Positions 18,200 to 27,674 of a DNA stretch of 64,000 nt are shown piece by piece. A model generated the notes under the pieces. That model made no database searches, was not told the origin of the DNA, and saw nothing but the letters and a program-made list of their open reading frames with translations. The position numbers and the translations under genes are program-made. The stretch is taken from assembly GCA_040390065.1 (NCBI GenBank), contig JAZJZE010000001.1:160001-224000 (forward strand). Reading direction: 5' to 3'. Each line of letters begins with the position of its first letter. Within the stretch, counting starts at the first letter, position 1. Source of the DNA: a bacterium (lineage in GTDB: Archaea > Thermoplasmatota > E2 > JACPAO01 > JAHFTW01).

Positions 18200-19959
18200 G
18201 CGCCATCCCTAACAAGGGCAGCAGCACCCAGGCCGGTTTCCTCGCGCGCGGCATGTCGCGTTTCGGCTACCGCAAGAACGTCGACCAGCTCCTCGCCGAG
18301 GCGCACGACAAACAGGGCCTGGCGAAGACCCTGACCGCCTCGAACCTGGTCATGCTGGGCGTGGCCGGCATCATCGGCGGCGGCATCTTCGTCCTCGTCG
18401 GGTCCGGCATCATCAAGGCCGGCGCCCTCGTCGTGCCCGCCTTCATCGTCGCGGCCCTCATCTGCACCGTGGCCGGCCTGGCGTACGCCGAACTCGCCTC
18501 CGCCATCCCCGCATCGGGTTCCGCCTACGCATACATCTACACGGCCATGGGCGAACTGCCCGGATGGATGGTGGCTTGGGCCCTCATCCTCGAATATGCC
18601 GTCGGCGCAATTGCCGTCGCCGTCGCCTGCCGCAACAACCTGCTCGCGGTCATCAAGCAGGTCACGTGGATCTTCAACCCGGCCGACGCCGCCGCCCACA
18701 AGGACTACTTCACTGACCCGAGCAATCCATCCCTGTTCGGGTGGACGCACAGCCCGCTCGAGGCCGTGCGCGTGACGAACCTGGACGGCAGCTCCACCTA
18801 CCTTCATGGCATCATCAACATCCCGTCCATCATCATCGTCCTCCTCGTGACGATGCTCCTGGTGAAGGGCACGAAGGAGTCGGCGCGGTTCACGTCCGTC
18901 CTCGTCGTCCTCAAGGTCGCAATCCTCCTCTTCGCCATCGGGACCGCGCTGTTCTACTTCGACTCCTCCAACTTCGCGGACCCGCTGCCGCACCCGACGC
19001 CAGACGCCCCGAACATCCCGGACGTCCGGCAGTTCGGCCAAGCGGTCCTCGCCGCGTTCGGCGCCGCCGCCATCATGTTCTTCGCCTACATCGGATTCGA
19101 TTCCGTGTCGACCACCGCAGAGGAGACGAAGAACCCCAAGAAGGACCTGCCCATCGGCATCCTCGGCAGCCTCGGCATCTCGACCTTGCTGTACATCCTG
19201 GCGGCTGGCGCCCTCGTCGGCGCGTCACACTGGACGACGTTCGTGGGTGACTCCGCGGCCGCCAAGGCAGCCGCCGGCGAACCCTTCGGCTACGTCTTCG
19301 AGCAGCACGGTGCGCTCTCGATCACGCTCAGCAACGGCTCGCATTTCAGCCTCGGCGCCTTGCTCGTGAGGCTTGGAGCCATGATCGGAACCACGTCCGT
19401 CCTGCTGGTCCTCATCCTCGGCGGCGTGCGCGTCTTCTTCAACATGAGCCGCGACGGCCTCCTGCCTGGATGGATGAGCAAAGTGGGCCCGCGCGGCAAC
19501 CCCGCCAAGACCACGTGGTTCTACGGCGCCTTCACGCTGTTCTTCGCCGGCCTCCTGACGCTCGACGCTGCCGTGGAACTCGTCAACATCGGCACCCTGT
19601 TTGCATTCTTCATGGTCGTCCTGGCGGTCTGGATGTTCCGGCGCCGCCGCCCCGACGTGGAGCGGCCCTTCCGCATGCCGCTCTGGTCCGTCATGAACCG
19701 CAACGGCAAGCCCGTGCTGCCCATCCTGACCATTCTCGGCCTCCTCGGCATCATGGCCCTGATCTTCAGCCTCGACCCATTCACCCTCGTCGCGTCGGCG
19801 GCGTGGGCCGGCCTGGGACTCCTGGTCTACGCTTTCTACGGTATCCGCCACTCGAAGGAAGCGCACCACCGCCACGTCATGGCCAACCAGGAGTTGCCGG
19901 ACCCGTTCGCGGTCGGCCGCCCGGCTGGAACGACGGAAGAAGCGCCCCGCAAGAAGTAG
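18196..19959 (+). CDS. APC-family amino acid permease
   Basis: GIIGGGIF, YAELASAIPASGSAY, FFAYIGFD, AEETKNPKKD. Confidence 0.93.
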   Translation: MSAIPNKGSSTQAGFLARGMSRFGYRKNVDQLLAEAHDKQGLAKTLTASNLVMLGVAGIIGGGIFVLVGSGIIKAGALVVPAFIVAALICTVAGLAYAELASAIPASGSAYAYIYTAMGELPGWMVAWALILEYAVGAIAVAVACRNNLLAVIKQVTWIFNPADAAAHKDYFTDPSNPSLFGWTHSPLEAVRVTNLDGSSTYLHGIINIPSIIIVLLVTMLLVKGTKESARFTSVLVVLKVAILLFAIGTALFYFDSSNFADPLPHPTPDAPNIPDVRQFGQAVLAAFGAAAIMFFAYIGFDSVSTTAEETKNPKKDLPIGILGSLGISTLLYILAAGALVGASHWTTFVGDSAAAKAAAGEPFGYVFEQHGALSITLSNGSHFSLGALLVRLGAMIGTTSVLLVLILGGVRVFFNMSRDGLLPGWMSKVGPRGNPAKTTWFYGAFTLFFAGLLTLDAAVELVNIGTLFAFFMVVLAVWMFRRRRPDVERPFRMPLWSVMNRNGKPVLPILTILGLLGIMALIFSLDPFTLVASAAWAGLGLLVYAFYGIRHSKEAHHRHVMANQELPDPFAVGRPAGTTEEAPRKK

Positions 19960-20028
19960 TCCGGTCTCGTGGCTACATCCGGCCCGCGCGTCGAAGTCTT
20001 GAAATAAACCCCCAGAGTCGCGCCGACC

Positions 20029-20373
20029 GTGGACGAGAAAGACCTGGACGACGACGACGTCATGGACGACGACGTCGAGGAGATCGTGCGCGACGAGCCC
20101 AAGGCGAGCGCGCCGCCCACGCCGGAAGGTCCGGGTTTCGTCGGCCGCATGTGGCACTACCAGCACGCCATCAACCGCAAGTGGGACGGCATGGGCAAGG
20201 GCCGCATCGCTCGCGTCCTGCGCATGGCGCGCAAGCCGGAGCCCGAGGAGTTCCGTCAATCCGCCGTCATCGTGCTCGTCGGCATCGCCATCATCGGCGG
20301 CATCGGCTTCTTCATGTATCTCCTGATGAGCGGCTTGATCCACTGGATCGACACCAACCTCAAGGGCGTTTAG
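20029..20373 (+). CDS. secE: Protein translocase SecE/Sec61-gamma with acidic N-terminal extension
   Basis: RVLRMARKPEPEEF followed by a TM helix with IGGIGF; directly upstream of spt5. Confidence 0.9.
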   Translation: MDEKDLDDDDVMDDDVEEIVRDEPKASAPPTPEGPGFVGRMWHYQHAINRKWDGMGKGRIARVLRMARKPEPEEFRQSAVIVLVGIAIIGGIGFFMYLLMSGLIHWIDTNLKGV

Positions 20374-20374
20374 C

Positions 20375-20561
20375 GACCTGCAAACAGGTCGATCATTTGC
20401 GATGCCCTGCGCCGGCTTCGCCTCGCGGCATCGCGGCGGGGGACTGCCGCCCCCCGCCCCTGGCCCCCCGCTGAGGGGCCTGCCGGCCCCCGCAACCCCC
20501 CGCGGGCTCGCGCGGCGGCGCTCGCTGCAAGGCGCTCCTTCGTGACCTGCGTGCAGGTCGA
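20375..20561. repeat. Hairpin cassette bounded by 18-bp imperfect direct repeats
   Basis: GACCTGCAAACAGGTCGA (20375) and GACCTGCGTGCAGGTCGA (20544); internal GC-rich stem-loops. Confidence 0.6.
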
Positions 20562-20671
20562 CAAGCCGGCCGCGGTTTCGGCGACTTTCCGCCTCCGAAG
20601 AAGTGAAATAAGGGCCGTTCCTCGCCGCATCTACCCCGTTTTCACCCAGCGGGAGCAAGCGGTGAACTTTC

Positions 20672-21370
20672 ATGGCTGACGAAGACAACCTTGGCATCCT
20701 CCCGACGAAGGAAGAACTGGAGAAGAAGGCCCAGGCCAAGCCCGCGCCCGCCGCGACGCCGGAGGCGCCCGCCGCCCCCGCCAAGAAGGGTCGCAAGGCC
20801 AAGCGCGCCGAGATCGCCGACACCGAGCCCGCGCCACTCGTCGGCACGCAGATCCTCGTCCTCAAGACGCAAGTCGGCCAAGAGCGCCGCGTCGCCGAGG
20901 CCCTTGGCAACAAGGCCCGCCGCTTCAAGGTCCCCATCCTCGGCCTGCTCGCCCCCGCGGAGCTTCGCGGTTTCGTCTTCGTCGAGACCAACAACCCGCT
21001 CGAGGCCGAGAAGTCGATCCGCGGCGTGTCCTACGCCCGCGCCCTCGTGACGCGCAACGAGGAGGTCCGCGACGAGAACGGCAACATCGCCCGCGACCGC
21101 CGCGGCAAGGTCGTCACCCGCAAGATTCCGGTCGACATCCCGTTCAGCGAGATTGCCCACTTCCTGACGCCGGTCTCCGCCGTCGCGAAGATTGCGGAAG
21201 GCGACATCGTGGAACTCGTGAGCGGTCCGTTCCGCGGCGAGAAGGCGAAGGTCACCCGCGTCGACGACACGAAGGAAGAGATCACCGTGGAACTCATCGA
21301 GTCCATGGTGCCCATCCCCATCACGGTGAAGGGCGAACACGTGCGCGTGCTCGAGAAGAGCCAGGCATGA
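20672..21370 (+). CDS. spt5: Transcription elongation factor Spt5/NusG
   Basis: KTQVGQE and LRGFVFVE (NGN domain); GDIVELVSGPFRGEKAKV (KOW). Confidence 0.95.
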   Translation: MADEDNLGILPTKEELEKKAQAKPAPAATPEAPAAPAKKGRKAKRAEIADTEPAPLVGTQILVLKTQVGQERRVAEALGNKARRFKVPILGLLAPAELRGFVFVETNNPLEAEKSIRGVSYARALVTRNEEVRDENGNIARDRRGKVVTRKIPVDIPFSEIAHFLTPVSAVAKIAEGDIVELVSGPFRGEKAKVTRVDDTKEEITVELIESMVPIPITVKGEHVRVLEKSQA

Positions 21371-21549
21371 CCACACCAGTCGCGCCGGGCGACCTCGTCC
21401 TCGTCATGCAGGGGATGTTCCAAGGACAGCACGCCACGATTGTTGCGGTCGACGCGACCAAGGGGACGGCCAAGGGCAAGATCGTCGCATCGTGGATGCC
21501 TTTTGCCATGACGTTCAAGTTGGCGAACCTGCGTCGCGTCAGCGCCTGA
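21367..21549 (+). CDS. Stand-alone KOW protein, Spt5-KOW-like
   Basis: GDLVLVMQGMFQGQHATIVAVD aligns without gaps to the Spt5 KOW; ATGA overlap. Confidence 0.7.
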   Translation: MTTPVAPGDLVLVMQGMFQGQHATIVAVDATKGTAKGKIVASWMPFAMTFKLANLRRVSA

Positions 21550-21699
21550 GGCCACCTTCGGCCTGGGCGGCCGCCATGACGCTGACCGAATGGCGCTACG
21601 GCAGCCGGGGGGGCGCATGTGGCCCCCTGCGCCTCGGACCGCAGGCCAACCCATGGGAACCGGTAGGGGCATAAGGGCGCGACTCGAATCGGCCTTGCG

Positions 21700-21903
21700 T
21701 TGGACTGGATGGCCATCGGTCTCGGCGGGCTTGGTGGGCTGCTGCTCTACCTCGGCTTTCCCTATCGCCAACGCCGGCGCGGATGGGGGCTGACGGAGCG
21801 GAAGCCCGGATGGGTCGACTTGCCGTGGGTGCCCAACCTGATTCTTGCCGCTGGTCTTCTGCTGGTCGCGGCGGCCGTCGTCCGCTTCGCCCTACAGGGT
21901 TGA
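21700..21903 (+). CDS. Small membrane protein
   Basis: 67 aa with two hydrophobic segments. Confidence 0.5.
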   Translation: MDWMAIGLGGLGGLLLYLGFPYRQRRRGWGLTERKPGWVDLPWVPNLILAAGLLLVAAAVVRFALQG

Positions 21904-22218
21904 CGGGTGCCCCAAGAAACACGCTCCGCTCGTGGGAGAAACAAGATACCGGTCGGACCGCCAAAAATGATGGGTTGGTGGAGTCAGGTGGGTGGTTGTC
22001 GTGTGCTGCCCGGTCCCGTGAGGGTCCAGGTGGCATGCGGCCCGACCGGCAAACACGATGATACCGCGAGGGTGGATAAGAGGCAAAGTCGTGTATCCCA
22101 ACTGACGACCGCCCGCCCCTGCCCGCCTGGGGGGGAGGAGCCCATGCGCAGGGCCGCTTCCTCTCGATACCCGGGATACGCCGACAAGGCTTTTACCCTC
22201 GGCACGGGGTCTCCAGAT

Positions 22219-22764
22219 ATGACTTCGATGACGCTGATGCGCCTCCTGACCACCTACGCTGTCCTCGGTGGCCTCGTTCTCGTGGCCGTCGCCCCAGTCC
22301 ATGGCGACCCCGGAAACGGCAACGGCGGCGGCCAGGGCAATGGCAACGGGGGCGGAAACGGCGGCGGCAACAATGGTGCCGGCTCCGGCAGCAACTCCAC
22401 GAGCGGCGGCTCGTCGTCCGGCAACTCGACGAGCTCGTCGTCCAGCTCCTGCACCGAGTCGTGCTCGCAGGGAAACTCCACCTCCAGTTCGTCCAGCCAG
22501 GGCGGCTCGAATGGGGGCAACGCCATGGTGTCGGGGGCAACGGGCGCCGCCTCGGGCGCCATCAACTCAGGATGCAAGCCGGTGGCGCTCGAGACGGGAC
22601 CGGACCACCCGATGCGTCTCACGCTCAACCCGCTCCTCGGCTGGGTCTACATCAACCGCAACTGCCTAAAGGAATCCGTCGACCAGGTCGGCGCGGCAAT
22701 TGACTACGCCTTGCCGCCCCTCGGTCAAGCCGTCGTGAAGACTGTCCACAGCCTGATTGGATGA
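22219..22764 (+). CDS. Secreted Gly/Asn/Ser-rich protein
   Basis: Signal peptide, GNG and Ser low-complexity tract, small Cys-containing C-domain; ATGA overlap with the next gene. Confidence 0.7.
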   Translation: MTSMTLMRLLTTYAVLGGLVLVAVAPVHGDPGNGNGGGQGNGNGGGNGGGNNGAGSGSNSTSGGSSSGNSTSSSSSSCTESCSQGNSTSSSSSQGGSNGGNAMVSGATGAASGAINSGCKPVALETGPDHPMRLTLNPLLGWVYINRNCLKESVDQVGAAIDYALPPLGQAVVKTVHSLIG

Positions 22765-24338
22765 ACGCCAACCGCACCGGCCGCCGCGCGCGCCTGCAAG
22801 GCCGCGTCCCTCTCAAGGCAGCGGGAATCGCCGTCGTGTGCATGCTCGCCTTGCTCCCGATTGCGTCGGCACAGGCAAGTCTGGCGTCGGCGGAGGTCAC
22901 CTTCGCCAAGGCCAGGCTTTCGGGCAGCGTCGACGAGCGTTCGAGCGTGGACCTGCTGTACTTGCACCGCGAAGGCGCCCGGCCCGACGTCAACGCCCCG
23001 ATCATCGAGGCGACGGGCATCGTCAATGCCACCGAGTACGACTTGACCGCCTACGAGGCGGAGGCCGTCATCTACGAGAACACCGAAGGCGCCGTCTGCA
23101 TGGAGCCACTGTACTCCCTCGGCGTTCGCCACGGCTGCTACGAGCGCACCACCTACCTGCCGGCGGCGGGCACGGCGACGCTGCGCGGCGTCCAATCCTA
23201 CTACACGATCAACGTCCTGCGGCGCGACGGCGCGCCCCTCGACTTGGCGGCCTCGTACAAGCGCGCTGACCTTGCGCCGATGTCCGCCCCCGCCATGGAC
23301 GAAGGGGGAATCGCCGCCGCCGACCCCGGCCGTGCCAGCGATGTGGGCGGAAGTTCATGGAGTCGCCCGGTCGTGCCTGGCGACCACATCGAGACCGCCT
23401 TCACCGGAACGGGCAGCATCGACATCACCGGAAACGTCGTGGTCGAGATCGTCGGCATCGACTTCACCCTCACGGATGGCGCCGACCAGCGCACCCTCCA
23501 CAGCGGCACGGACCACCAGGCCACCGGCCCGGCGCCTGCCGGAGCCATGAGTTACCACTTCCTGCGCCTGCAAATCGCCGGCGGCCGCTTGCACGTCGAG
23601 ATGAACGACGACGCGACGGACCTGCGCTGGACGTCGACGCAGTCGACAGCACTCATCGAGGGCCCCTTCGCTCTCGAGAGCGCCAAGGGCACCGTCCACC
23701 TCGACGACGGACAGGACGTCGCGCTGGCCTCTCAGACGCTGAGCGGGGACGGCAGCAACTCCCTCAAGATCGCGCCGGGTTCTCAGCAACTCTCCGGACA
23801 AGTCACGCGCCAGACCGTCCAGCCGCAGACCACCGTTGCGGCCTCGGCGGCATCCGGCCCTCTGGCCCTTGCGGCCATCACGGCGGTCGTCCTGGCCCTC
23901 GCTCTTGCAATCGTGGCCCTGGCGCGCCGCCGCCACACGCCGCTCTTGGCGGAGGTCGAAGCGGCCATCGAAGCCGGCCACTACCGCCGCGCCGCGCGCG
24001 ACGCCGGACGCATCCTGCGCCGCCGCCCCAACATGGAGGACGCCCTCCTGAGCCGCGCGATTGCGCTGTGCAAGAGCGGCCACCCGGAGCGCGTCGTGCG
24101 GGAAGTCCAGGCGCACCTCGTGAAGGGCAAGCCCACCGATGGCTCACTCCACTACGTCCTTGGCTTGGCCTACCTGGACCTCGGACAGCGTCCGCAGGCC
24201 GAAGCCGTGTTCCAGGAAGCCCTGCGCCGCACCCCCTCGCTGCTCAATGATGTACAGGGGAAACTGGGTGTTGCGGGCACAACTACAAGAACCCCGGGAC
24301 CTCTCCAGGGCCCGGAGTCCACGCATGGCTACGCATAA
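22761..24338 (+). CDS. Single-pass membrane protein with extracellular beta domain and cytoplasmic TPR
   Basis: Signal peptide, TM followed by RRRH, TPR-like helices (LHYVLGLAYLDLGQRPQAEAVFQEAL). Confidence 0.75.
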   Translation: MNANRTGRRARLQGRVPLKAAGIAVVCMLALLPIASAQASLASAEVTFAKARLSGSVDERSSVDLLYLHREGARPDVNAPIIEATGIVNATEYDLTAYEAEAVIYENTEGAVCMEPLYSLGVRHGCYERTTYLPAAGTATLRGVQSYYTINVLRRDGAPLDLAASYKRADLAPMSAPAMDEGGIAAADPGRASDVGGSSWSRPVVPGDHIETAFTGTGSIDITGNVVVEIVGIDFTLTDGADQRTLHSGTDHQATGPAPAGAMSYHFLRLQIAGGRLHVEMNDDATDLRWTSTQSTALIEGPFALESAKGTVHLDDGQDVALASQTLSGDGSNSLKIAPGSQQLSGQVTRQTVQPQTTVAASAASGPLALAAITAVVLALALAIVALARRRHTPLLAEVEAAIEAGHYRRAARDAGRILRRRPNMEDALLSRAIALCKSGHPERVVREVQAHLVKGKPTDGSLHYVLGLAYLDLGQRPQAEAVFQEALRRTPSLLNDVQGKLGVAGTTTRTPGPLQGPESTHGYA

Positions 24339-24870
24339 GAGCCAAGGCATGAAGGGTCTGGTCCGCTCAATCCTCTCGGTCGGCAACGTGCTCGGCCCCG
24401 AGGAGGAAGCCCATCTTCTCGAACAACCACTGCGCCGCCGCTTGCTCGACATGATCGCCGAACAGCCCGGCATCCACGCAAGCCAGCTTTGCCGCAGCGC
24501 CGGCGAGCCATGGGGCACCGTGCAATACCACCTCAGCCTGCTGCACAAGGGCGAGATGGTGACTTCCGTGGAGGCCGGCCGCGAGCGCCGCTTCTTCCCG
24601 TCCGAGGTCGACCCACGCCGCGCCCGCCTGCTGGCGCTTCTGCACCAGGGCCGCCGCAGCGAGATCGCATCCTTCATCCGCGACCACCCCGGCTCGCGCC
24701 AAGTGGACATCTGCGACGCCCTCGACGTGTCACGCAAGACGTTCCGCTCCAGCGTCGAACCCATGGTCGAGGAAGGCCTCGTGAACGAGCGCCGCAGCCT
24801 GCAGGACAACCGGTACTTCCCGCAAGACGGCCTCGTCGAGATCCTCGGACCTGGGAACATCGGGTCGTAG
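24325..24870 (+). CDS. Tandem winged-helix transcriptional regulator
   Basis: LLEQPLRRRLLDMIAEQPGIH...GTVQYHLSLL and a second HPGSRQVDICDALDVSRKT unit (alternative start 24349). Confidence 0.85.
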   Translation: MATHKSQGMKGLVRSILSVGNVLGPEEEAHLLEQPLRRRLLDMIAEQPGIHASQLCRSAGEPWGTVQYHLSLLHKGEMVTSVEAGRERRFFPSEVDPRRARLLALLHQGRRSEIASFIRDHPGSRQVDICDALDVSRKTFRSSVEPMVEEGLVNERRSLQDNRYFPQDGLVEILGPGNIGS

Positions 24871-24877
24871 GTCGCGT

Positions 24878-25966
24878 GTGGCATCTGGATCTGGGCCGGC
24901 CGGCTTTCTTCTAGCCAGTCTGTTCCTGCTTGCCGGCTGCGGGGGCTTGGGAGATCCAGCAACCCTTGCCGGCGACGACCCGACGAACGGCACCGCTGGC
25001 GTCAATCTCGTATCAGCGCGCGACATATCCTGCGCGTCGGACCCGCAGTTCTTGCAGGCGGCAGACAACGGCGCCGACCTGATTGTTACCATCAGGTCAA
25101 GCAACCTGACGCTGCTGCAAGCCGGTTCAGCGAACGTCAACGCGCCCGAATTTGGGGTGTTCCTTCCCCTTGCCCCCGGTGGCCACATCCAAATTGAAGT
25201 CGCGGACGATGAAGGCGACGGAGCGAGCGTCCCCTGCGATGTCGCCGCGGGGCCGGGCCGCATCGCGGACGTGCTGTGGGACGGCCATGCCAGGACCGTC
25301 GATTTGCAGGGCGACGGGCCCGGTTCCGTGGCCGTCCGGCTGGAACTTGGGTTTGCGCCCAAGTTGCTTTCGGAGGTGCATGCGGCCGAGGAGACGCCAA
25401 ACGGCGCGACCATTGCGTGGACCCCTCTGGAGAAGCTCGACTCCGTCGAGGTGCTGGTGTCGCCGGGAAAGGTATCGTCCGCGACCCGCACGGCGTCGAG
25501 CCTTGGGGTAGGTGGCTTGTGCGATGGCATGGCATACCAGGCCCGCGTCATCGCCGTGGCGGGCCGATGGCACATCGGTCAGGCGTTGGACTTTGCCTTG
25601 CCCAACGAAGCGCCCGCCGCGCCGCGGGTGTTGTCTGCCCACCTTGATCGCTGGGGGACGTCCGTCGCATGGGAGAACCCAAGCCCCCATGACACGGACA
25701 GATTCGAGGTCTATGCTGGCCCCGCCGGCTTTTCGCCGGATGACCGCCACTTGCGTGCGGTGGACCGCAGTCCGGGCGTGTACTGGGACGAGCGTCAGAC
25801 GTTCCAACCCGCAAGCGGGGACGCCGAGGTCGTCATCCGGACCCTTGACGACGGCGGCCTGACGACCGATTCCACGCCGTTTGCCATTGGTGACGGCGAC
25901 GTGAAGGGCACCACCTTCGGAATGCATGAGTGCCAACCACCCGGCTCGGCGCCCTCGTGGCCCTAG
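24878..25966 (+). CDS. Lipoprotein with fibronectin-III-like domains
   Basis: Lipobox LLAGC; ATIAW...GLCDGMAYQARVIAV pattern. Confidence 0.6.
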   Translation: MASGSGPAGFLLASLFLLAGCGGLGDPATLAGDDPTNGTAGVNLVSARDISCASDPQFLQAADNGADLIVTIRSSNLTLLQAGSANVNAPEFGVFLPLAPGGHIQIEVADDEGDGASVPCDVAAGPGRIADVLWDGHARTVDLQGDGPGSVAVRLELGFAPKLLSEVHAAEETPNGATIAWTPLEKLDSVEVLVSPGKVSSATRTASSLGVGGLCDGMAYQARVIAVAGRWHIGQALDFALPNEAPAAPRVLSAHLDRWGTSVAWENPSPHDTDRFEVYAGPAGFSPDDRHLRAVDRSPGVYWDERQTFQPASGDAEVVIRTLDDGGLTTDSTPFAIGDGDVKGTTFGMHECQPPGSAPSWP

Positions 25967-26027
25967 CGGTTCGGGTGCCGCGCCGCAGGCCTAATGAGTT
26001 ATCAGACACGCCCTCGTCGCCGTCGTC

Positions 26028-27218
26028 GTGAAGGTCGGACTCGTCGGCAAGCCGAACGTCGGCAAGTCGACGTTCTTCGCGGCCGCGACGCTTGCGGAGG
26101 CGGCCATCGGGAACTATCCGTTCACGACCATCAACGCGAACCACGGCGTCGGCTACGTCCGCGTCCCCGACCCCGGCGCCTCCTTCGGCGTCCACAGCAC
26201 GCCTCGCCATGGCAAACTCGTCGGCGCGACGCGCTACGTGCCCGTCGAACTCGTCGACGTCGCCGGCCTTGTCCCCGGAGCCCACGAAGGCCGCGGCCTT
26301 GGCAACAAGTTCCTCTCCGACCTGTCGCAGGCGGACGCGCTCATCCACGTCGTCGATGCCGCCGGCGCCACCGACGCCGAAGGAAACGTGCTTCCCCAAC
26401 GCGGGCACGACCCGCTTGCGGACGTCGCGTTCCTGGAGGACGAGATCGACTGGTGGATCGAGGGCATCCTCGAGGACGGTTGGGACCGCATGGCCAAGCG
26501 CATCCAGATGGAGGGCCGCAAGCTTGAGGTCGCAATCGCGGAGAAACTCGGCGGCATCGGTGTCGGCGAGGCGTTGGCGGCGAAGGGCCTGCGAGAGGCC
26601 GGGTTGTTTGGCAAGAAGCCGACGGAACTGCACGCAGAAGGCCTGTTGGCATTGGCCCGCGCCATCCGGAAGGCGTCCAAGCCCATCGTGCTGGCGCTCA
26701 ACAAGGCGGACCTGGCCACGCCCGCAGAACTTTCCGCCATCGAGTCGAAGCTCTCGCTGCCGCACGTGCGAACGAGCGCGCAGTCGGAACTCGCGCTGCA
26801 GAAAGGCGCCCAAGCCGGCCTCATCGACTACGCGCCGGGCGCCGCGATGTTTGCAGCGAAAGGCACGCTCACGGCGGCGCAGCAGAAAGGCCTCGACTAC
26901 ATCCGCGACCACGTCCTCGGGCCGCTCGGCTCCACCGGCGTCGTGCCGGCCATCGAAGTCGCGGTCTTCCAACTCCTGCAACGCATCCCCGTCTTCCCCG
27001 TCGAGGACGAGGCGAAGCTCACGGACAAGGAAGGCCGCGTCCTGCCCGACTGCCACCTCGTCGCCCCCGGCACGACGGCGCGCCAGCTTGCGTACAAGGT
27101 GCACACGGACCTCGGCGAGCACTTCATCCGGGCGATTGACTGCAAGACAAAACGGGCCATCGGGCATGACCACGTCCTTGCGGCCGGCGACGTGGTGAAG
27201 ATCGTGGCGAAGGCGTGA
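26028..27218 (+). CDS. ychF: Obg-family ATPase/GTPase YchF with TGS domain
   Basis: GKPNVGKST, NYPFTT, DVAGLVPGAHEGRGLGNKFL, VHTDLG. Confidence 0.95.
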   Translation: MKVGLVGKPNVGKSTFFAAATLAEAAIGNYPFTTINANHGVGYVRVPDPGASFGVHSTPRHGKLVGATRYVPVELVDVAGLVPGAHEGRGLGNKFLSDLSQADALIHVVDAAGATDAEGNVLPQRGHDPLADVAFLEDEIDWWIEGILEDGWDRMAKRIQMEGRKLEVAIAEKLGGIGVGEALAAKGLREAGLFGKKPTELHAEGLLALARAIRKASKPIVLALNKADLATPAELSAIESKLSLPHVRTSAQSELALQKGAQAGLIDYAPGAAMFAAKGTLTAAQQKGLDYIRDHVLGPLGSTGVVPAIEVAVFQLLQRIPVFPVEDEAKLTDKEGRVLPDCHLVAPGTTARQLAYKVHTDLGEHFIRAIDCKTKRAIGHDHVLAAGDVVKIVAKA

Positions 27219-27308
27219 CGGCCCTGGCCTGCGGTAAAAACCCTCCTGTTGCCCTCCTGGCCCTGGGCGAGAAACCTTAATGGCCCGTAGGCCTGCCCCG
27301 CACCGTCC

Positions 27309-27674
27309 ATGAGCACGCCGCTGGCCGCATCCCGGCGCGTCAAGGAGAACCGCTTTTTCCAGAACCGCGTGGAAATCGCGCCTCCCGCGCCGCCGGCACT
27401 CCCAGGTTCCGCCTCGCCTACCAAGCGCCTCGAAGACGAGGACGAGATCAAGGTCTTCCTGCACGACGAGGGCCCGGTCGCTGACGGCGTCCGCCGTGTC
27501 CTTGCTGCCGTGAAGGCCAAGCGCGCCGAGCTCGGCAACGAGTGGGACGTCCGCGGCGCCGTTGCGCACTTCGTCCAGGCCTACCACCACGCGGTGCCGA
27601 AGGCGGACAAGGAGTACGTCCGCGGCATGAACCTCGCGCTCAAGGTCTACTTGGGACAGAAAGAGGGATTGTGA
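27309..27674 (+). CDS. Hypothetical protein
   Basis: 121 aa; CTTAAT about 30 nt upstream; TGATG coupling to the next gene. Confidence 0.7.
   Translation: MSTPLAASRRVKENRFFQNRVEIAPPAPPALPGSASPTKRLEDEDEIKVFLHDEGPVADGVRRVLAAVKAKRAELGNEWDVRGAVAHFVQAYHHAVPKADKEYVRGMNLALKVYLGQKEGL

Noticed and set aside
22310-22520. GGC/AAC/TCG-rich tandem repeats
   Set aside because: Simply encode the Gly/Asn/Ser low-complexity tract of a secreted protein.
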